Positions 61,243-64,000 of a stretch of 64,000 nt of DNA are shown in pieces. The stretch is from Squalus acanthias (taxonomy: Eukaryota), in contig CM059437.1 of the NCBI GenBank assembly GCA_030390025.1, forward strand, positions 54,808,001 to 54,872,000, read 5' to 3'. Numbering within the stretch: the stretch's first letter is position 1; every line of letters begins with the position of its first letter. Made by a program: the position numbers and the translations under genes. The notes under the pieces are model-generated. The model was not told the DNA's origin. It saw only the letters and a list, made by a program, of their open reading frames with translations, and ran no database searches.

Positions 61243-62499
61243 GTACAGTGAGGGAATATAAATCGATTACACAGTATATATAGACAGAGAACAATGTGTC
61301 TGCAGAGATACAATCCGTCAGGGAGGCATTACATCAAAGACACATCAGAGTACAGCTAAGACAATGAGGTGGGTCACAGGGGGTCCAACGTGTCAAATGC
61401 TGCAGTCTGCAGTTAAGCTTTTAACTTTTTTTTTTAAACTGGCAAACCAGACAACGATGTCGAGTCACGTTCTGTAGCGTGACATGAACCCGAGATCCCG
61501 GTTGAGGCTGTCCTCATGGGTGCGGAACTTGGCTATCAGTTTCTGCTCGATGATTTTGCGTTGTCGTGTGCCTCGAAAGCAGCCTTGGAAAACGCTTACC
61601 CGCAGATCCGAGGCTGAATGTCCTTGACTGCTGAAGTGTTCCCCGACTGGGAGGTAACAATCCTGCCTGGCGATTGTTGCGCGGTGTCCGTTCATACGTT
61701 GTCTCAGTGTCTGCATGGTCTCGCCGATGTACCATGCCGCGGTGCATTCTTTCCTGCAACGTATGAGGTAGACAACATTGGCCGAGTAACATGAGTATGT
61801 ACCATGTACCTGGTGGGTAGTGTCCTCACGTGTGATGATGGTATCGGTGTTGATGATCTGGCATGTCTTGCAGAGGTTGCCGTGGCAGGGTTGTGTGGTG
61901 TTGTGGTCGCTGTTCTCCTGACAGCTGGGTAATTTGCTGCAAACGATGGTACTTTTGAGGTTAGGTGGCTGCTTGAAGGCGAGTAGTGGAGGCGTGGGGA
62001 TGGCCTTAGCAAGGTGTTCGTCGTCATCGATGACATGTTGAAGGCTGCGAAGAACATGGCGTAGTTTCTCCGCTCTGGGGAAGTACTGGACGATGTAGGG
62101 TACTCTGCTGGTTGTGTCCCATGTTCACCTTCTGAGGAGGTCTATGCGATTTTTCGCTGTGGCCCGTCAGAACTGTCGATCGATGAGTCGAGCATTATAT
62201 CCCTGATAGCCAAGTTCCGCACCCATGAGGACGGCCTCAACCGGGATCTCGGGTTCATGTCACGCTACAGAACGTGACTCGACATCATTGTCTGGTTTGC
62301 CATTTTTTTTTTTTAAGTTAAAAGCTTAACTGCAGACTGCAGCATTTGACACGTTGGACCCCCTGTGACCCACCACATTGTCTTAGCTGTACTCTGATGT
62401 GTCTTTGATGTAATGCCTCCCTGACAGATTGTATCTCTGCAGACACATTGTTCTCTGTCTATATATACTGTGTAATCGATTTATATTCCCTCACTGTAC

Positions 62500-62528
62500 C
62501 TGAAGAAGGAGCAGAGCTCAGAAAGCTC
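62500..62528 (+). ncRNA. Minimal hammerhead-ribozyme motif, second pLTR copy
   Basis: CTGAAGA-A-GGAGC-AGA-GCTCA-GAAAGCTC; the stem II closing pair is mutated relative to the other copy. Confidence 0.5.
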
Positions 62529-63699
62529 GTAATTTCAATTAAAACTGTTGGACTATAACCTGGTGTTGTGCGACTTCTCATTTTTGTCCACCCCAGTCCA
62601 ACACCGGCATCTCCGCATCATTAACTGTGACAATAAAAGTGACAATCGCGTTCATCTTGTATGTCTATGATTCCTTCTGGACACTTGCAAAGGATAAAGC
62701 GGGTAAAAGCCAATATGCTGCCCATCATAGCATCAGGACTGGAACAAATGACAACTGGATGTGAGTCGACATGATGTGCATCAGAGCATCTTGGAGGCCA
62801 CAATTCCATTTCTGACATTTCGACATCTTTATCCAATTCAGTAAGGGTCGTCAGCTGGAACAGGAGATGTACTCAATTTTTCCCAGAGTGCAAGGCAAAA
62901 TAATCTACACTCATGTGCCCATCCGTAGGCCAACACGCTTCCAATCACATAACTCAGCAGAAACCAATTTTACTCCATGAATGTGCAGATGGTCTATGGC
63001 CACCTCTTTAAGATCGCCCGCTAGATGCGCACTTTCCTCGCAGAATCCTAAGGCAAAGCAGCAAACCACAACATTTTCAAAGAGACGATAAGTTAAAAGA
63101 TTGCTTCTGAGACCTCTTCCTGAAACTCATGATTCATCCTAACTCCCTCCTCACTGCACAGAACAGAATGGGTACAACATTCTACCAATATCTATCCCAC
63201 TGAGCACACCTTTATAGTTTTAAAGTACTGACAAAGCTTAGACCACTCAGGAGAGGTGGGCTTACAATATGCCCCATAATAAGTTGGCAGAAGTGAAGTG
63301 TTGCATGCTGGAAAGAAATGGAAAGAAGCATAATCAGGAATTTCCAATTCAAAACATGGCAGAGGGAAGAGGAGGATACACATAAGATACTTACCGTAGA
63401 GATGTCAGGGCAGCAGATGAAATTAGTTCGTCAGGTGATTGATGATTTTCCAATTGATGAATACACTTGGCTTTTTCAATACTACGCCTCTATGCCATCC
63501 ATTCAATGAATAATCTTCCCCTCTGTCTGTACCATTGTTGTCTATCATATGCATATGTATTACTTTCCTTGGGAGTTTGCATTTTTGCACCACTCTTGCC
63601 TCCCGGTTAGTTAGTTGTGCATTCAAGCCCTAATCCAGGATTGGAGCATATAATGGACACTGCCAATCCAGGTGACGTCAAAGATCCCACAGCGCTATT

Positions 63700-64000
63700 T
63701 TTTTAAATTCGTTTATGGGATGTGGGCATCGCTGGCAAGGCCAGCATTTATTGCCCATCACTAATTGCCCTTAAGAAGGTGGTGGTGAGCCGCTGCAGTC
63801 TATGTGGTGAAGGTACTCCCACAGTACTGTTAGATAGGGAGTTCCAGGATTTTGACCCAGCGACGATGAAGGATCGGTGATATACTTCTAAGTCAGGATG
63901 GTGTGTGACTTGGAGGGGAACTTGCAGGTGATGGTGTTCCCATGCGCCTGCTGCCCTTGTCCTTCTAGGTGGAAGAGGGCGCGGGTTTGGGAGGTGCTGC
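63700..64000 (-). mobile_element. HER1-like LINE 3' end, running off the window
   Basis: Reverse complement of 27225-27515. Confidence 0.88.

Larger units (their letters stand above)
61157..62620 (-). mobile_element. Penelope-like retroelement (GIY-YIG endonuclease 3' part) with inverted pseudo-LTR and 11-bp TSD
   Basis: NVVYLIRC..WYIGETMQTLRQRMNGHR..PVGEHF..EQKLI..LNRD; about 385-bp inverted repeats (61157-61545 vs 62205-62585); TSD TTAACTGTGAC at 61146-61156 and 62621-62631. Confidence 0.9.
60900..63430 (+). pseudogene. Highly degenerate second Harbinger transposase, split by the Penelope insertion
   Basis: VTRLRHFLQPDLESQSTSRTALTVT | IKVTIAF aligns to VTELCHLLQPEFEPQLRTRTSLSVAVKVTVAL of the 43455 copy; later THVPI and FYSMNVQMV-like segments. 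Confidence 0.65.

Overview
Vertebrate genomic DNA, almost certainly from a cartilaginous fish (shark), judged from the Ig cluster architecture and the HE1/HER1-type and Deu-domain SINE/LINE families. Most of the window is transposable elements. Two host genes are supported, both on the + strand. (1) A single immunoglobulin lambda-type light-chain cluster (leader-V-J-C, 6660-12708). V and J are NOT germline-joined: they carry a 23-RSS and a 12-RSS across a 254-bp interval. The V exon has a +1 frameshift in a GGGG run. (2) About 19 kb downstream, a 7-exon gene (31832-38913, ~305 aa predicted by manual splicing) for a non-rearranging VJ-type single-IgV receptor. It has an uncharged transmembrane helix and a cytoplasmic tail with two pairs of ITSM/ITIM-like tyrosine motifs, so it is a candidate undescribed inhibitory receptor of the NKp30/CD28/PD-1/TMIGD2-like group. 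The rest comprises CR1 and L2 LINEs, tRNA-headed ORF1-less LINE copies with their SINE-sized derivatives, Harbinger transposons and MITEs, Penelope-derived palindromes with minimal hammerhead-ribozyme motifs (one just downstream of the receptor stop codon), a solo LTR and a local tandem duplication. All gene models were read by eye, with no database searches; TE boundaries are approximate unless a TSD or TIR is quoted.
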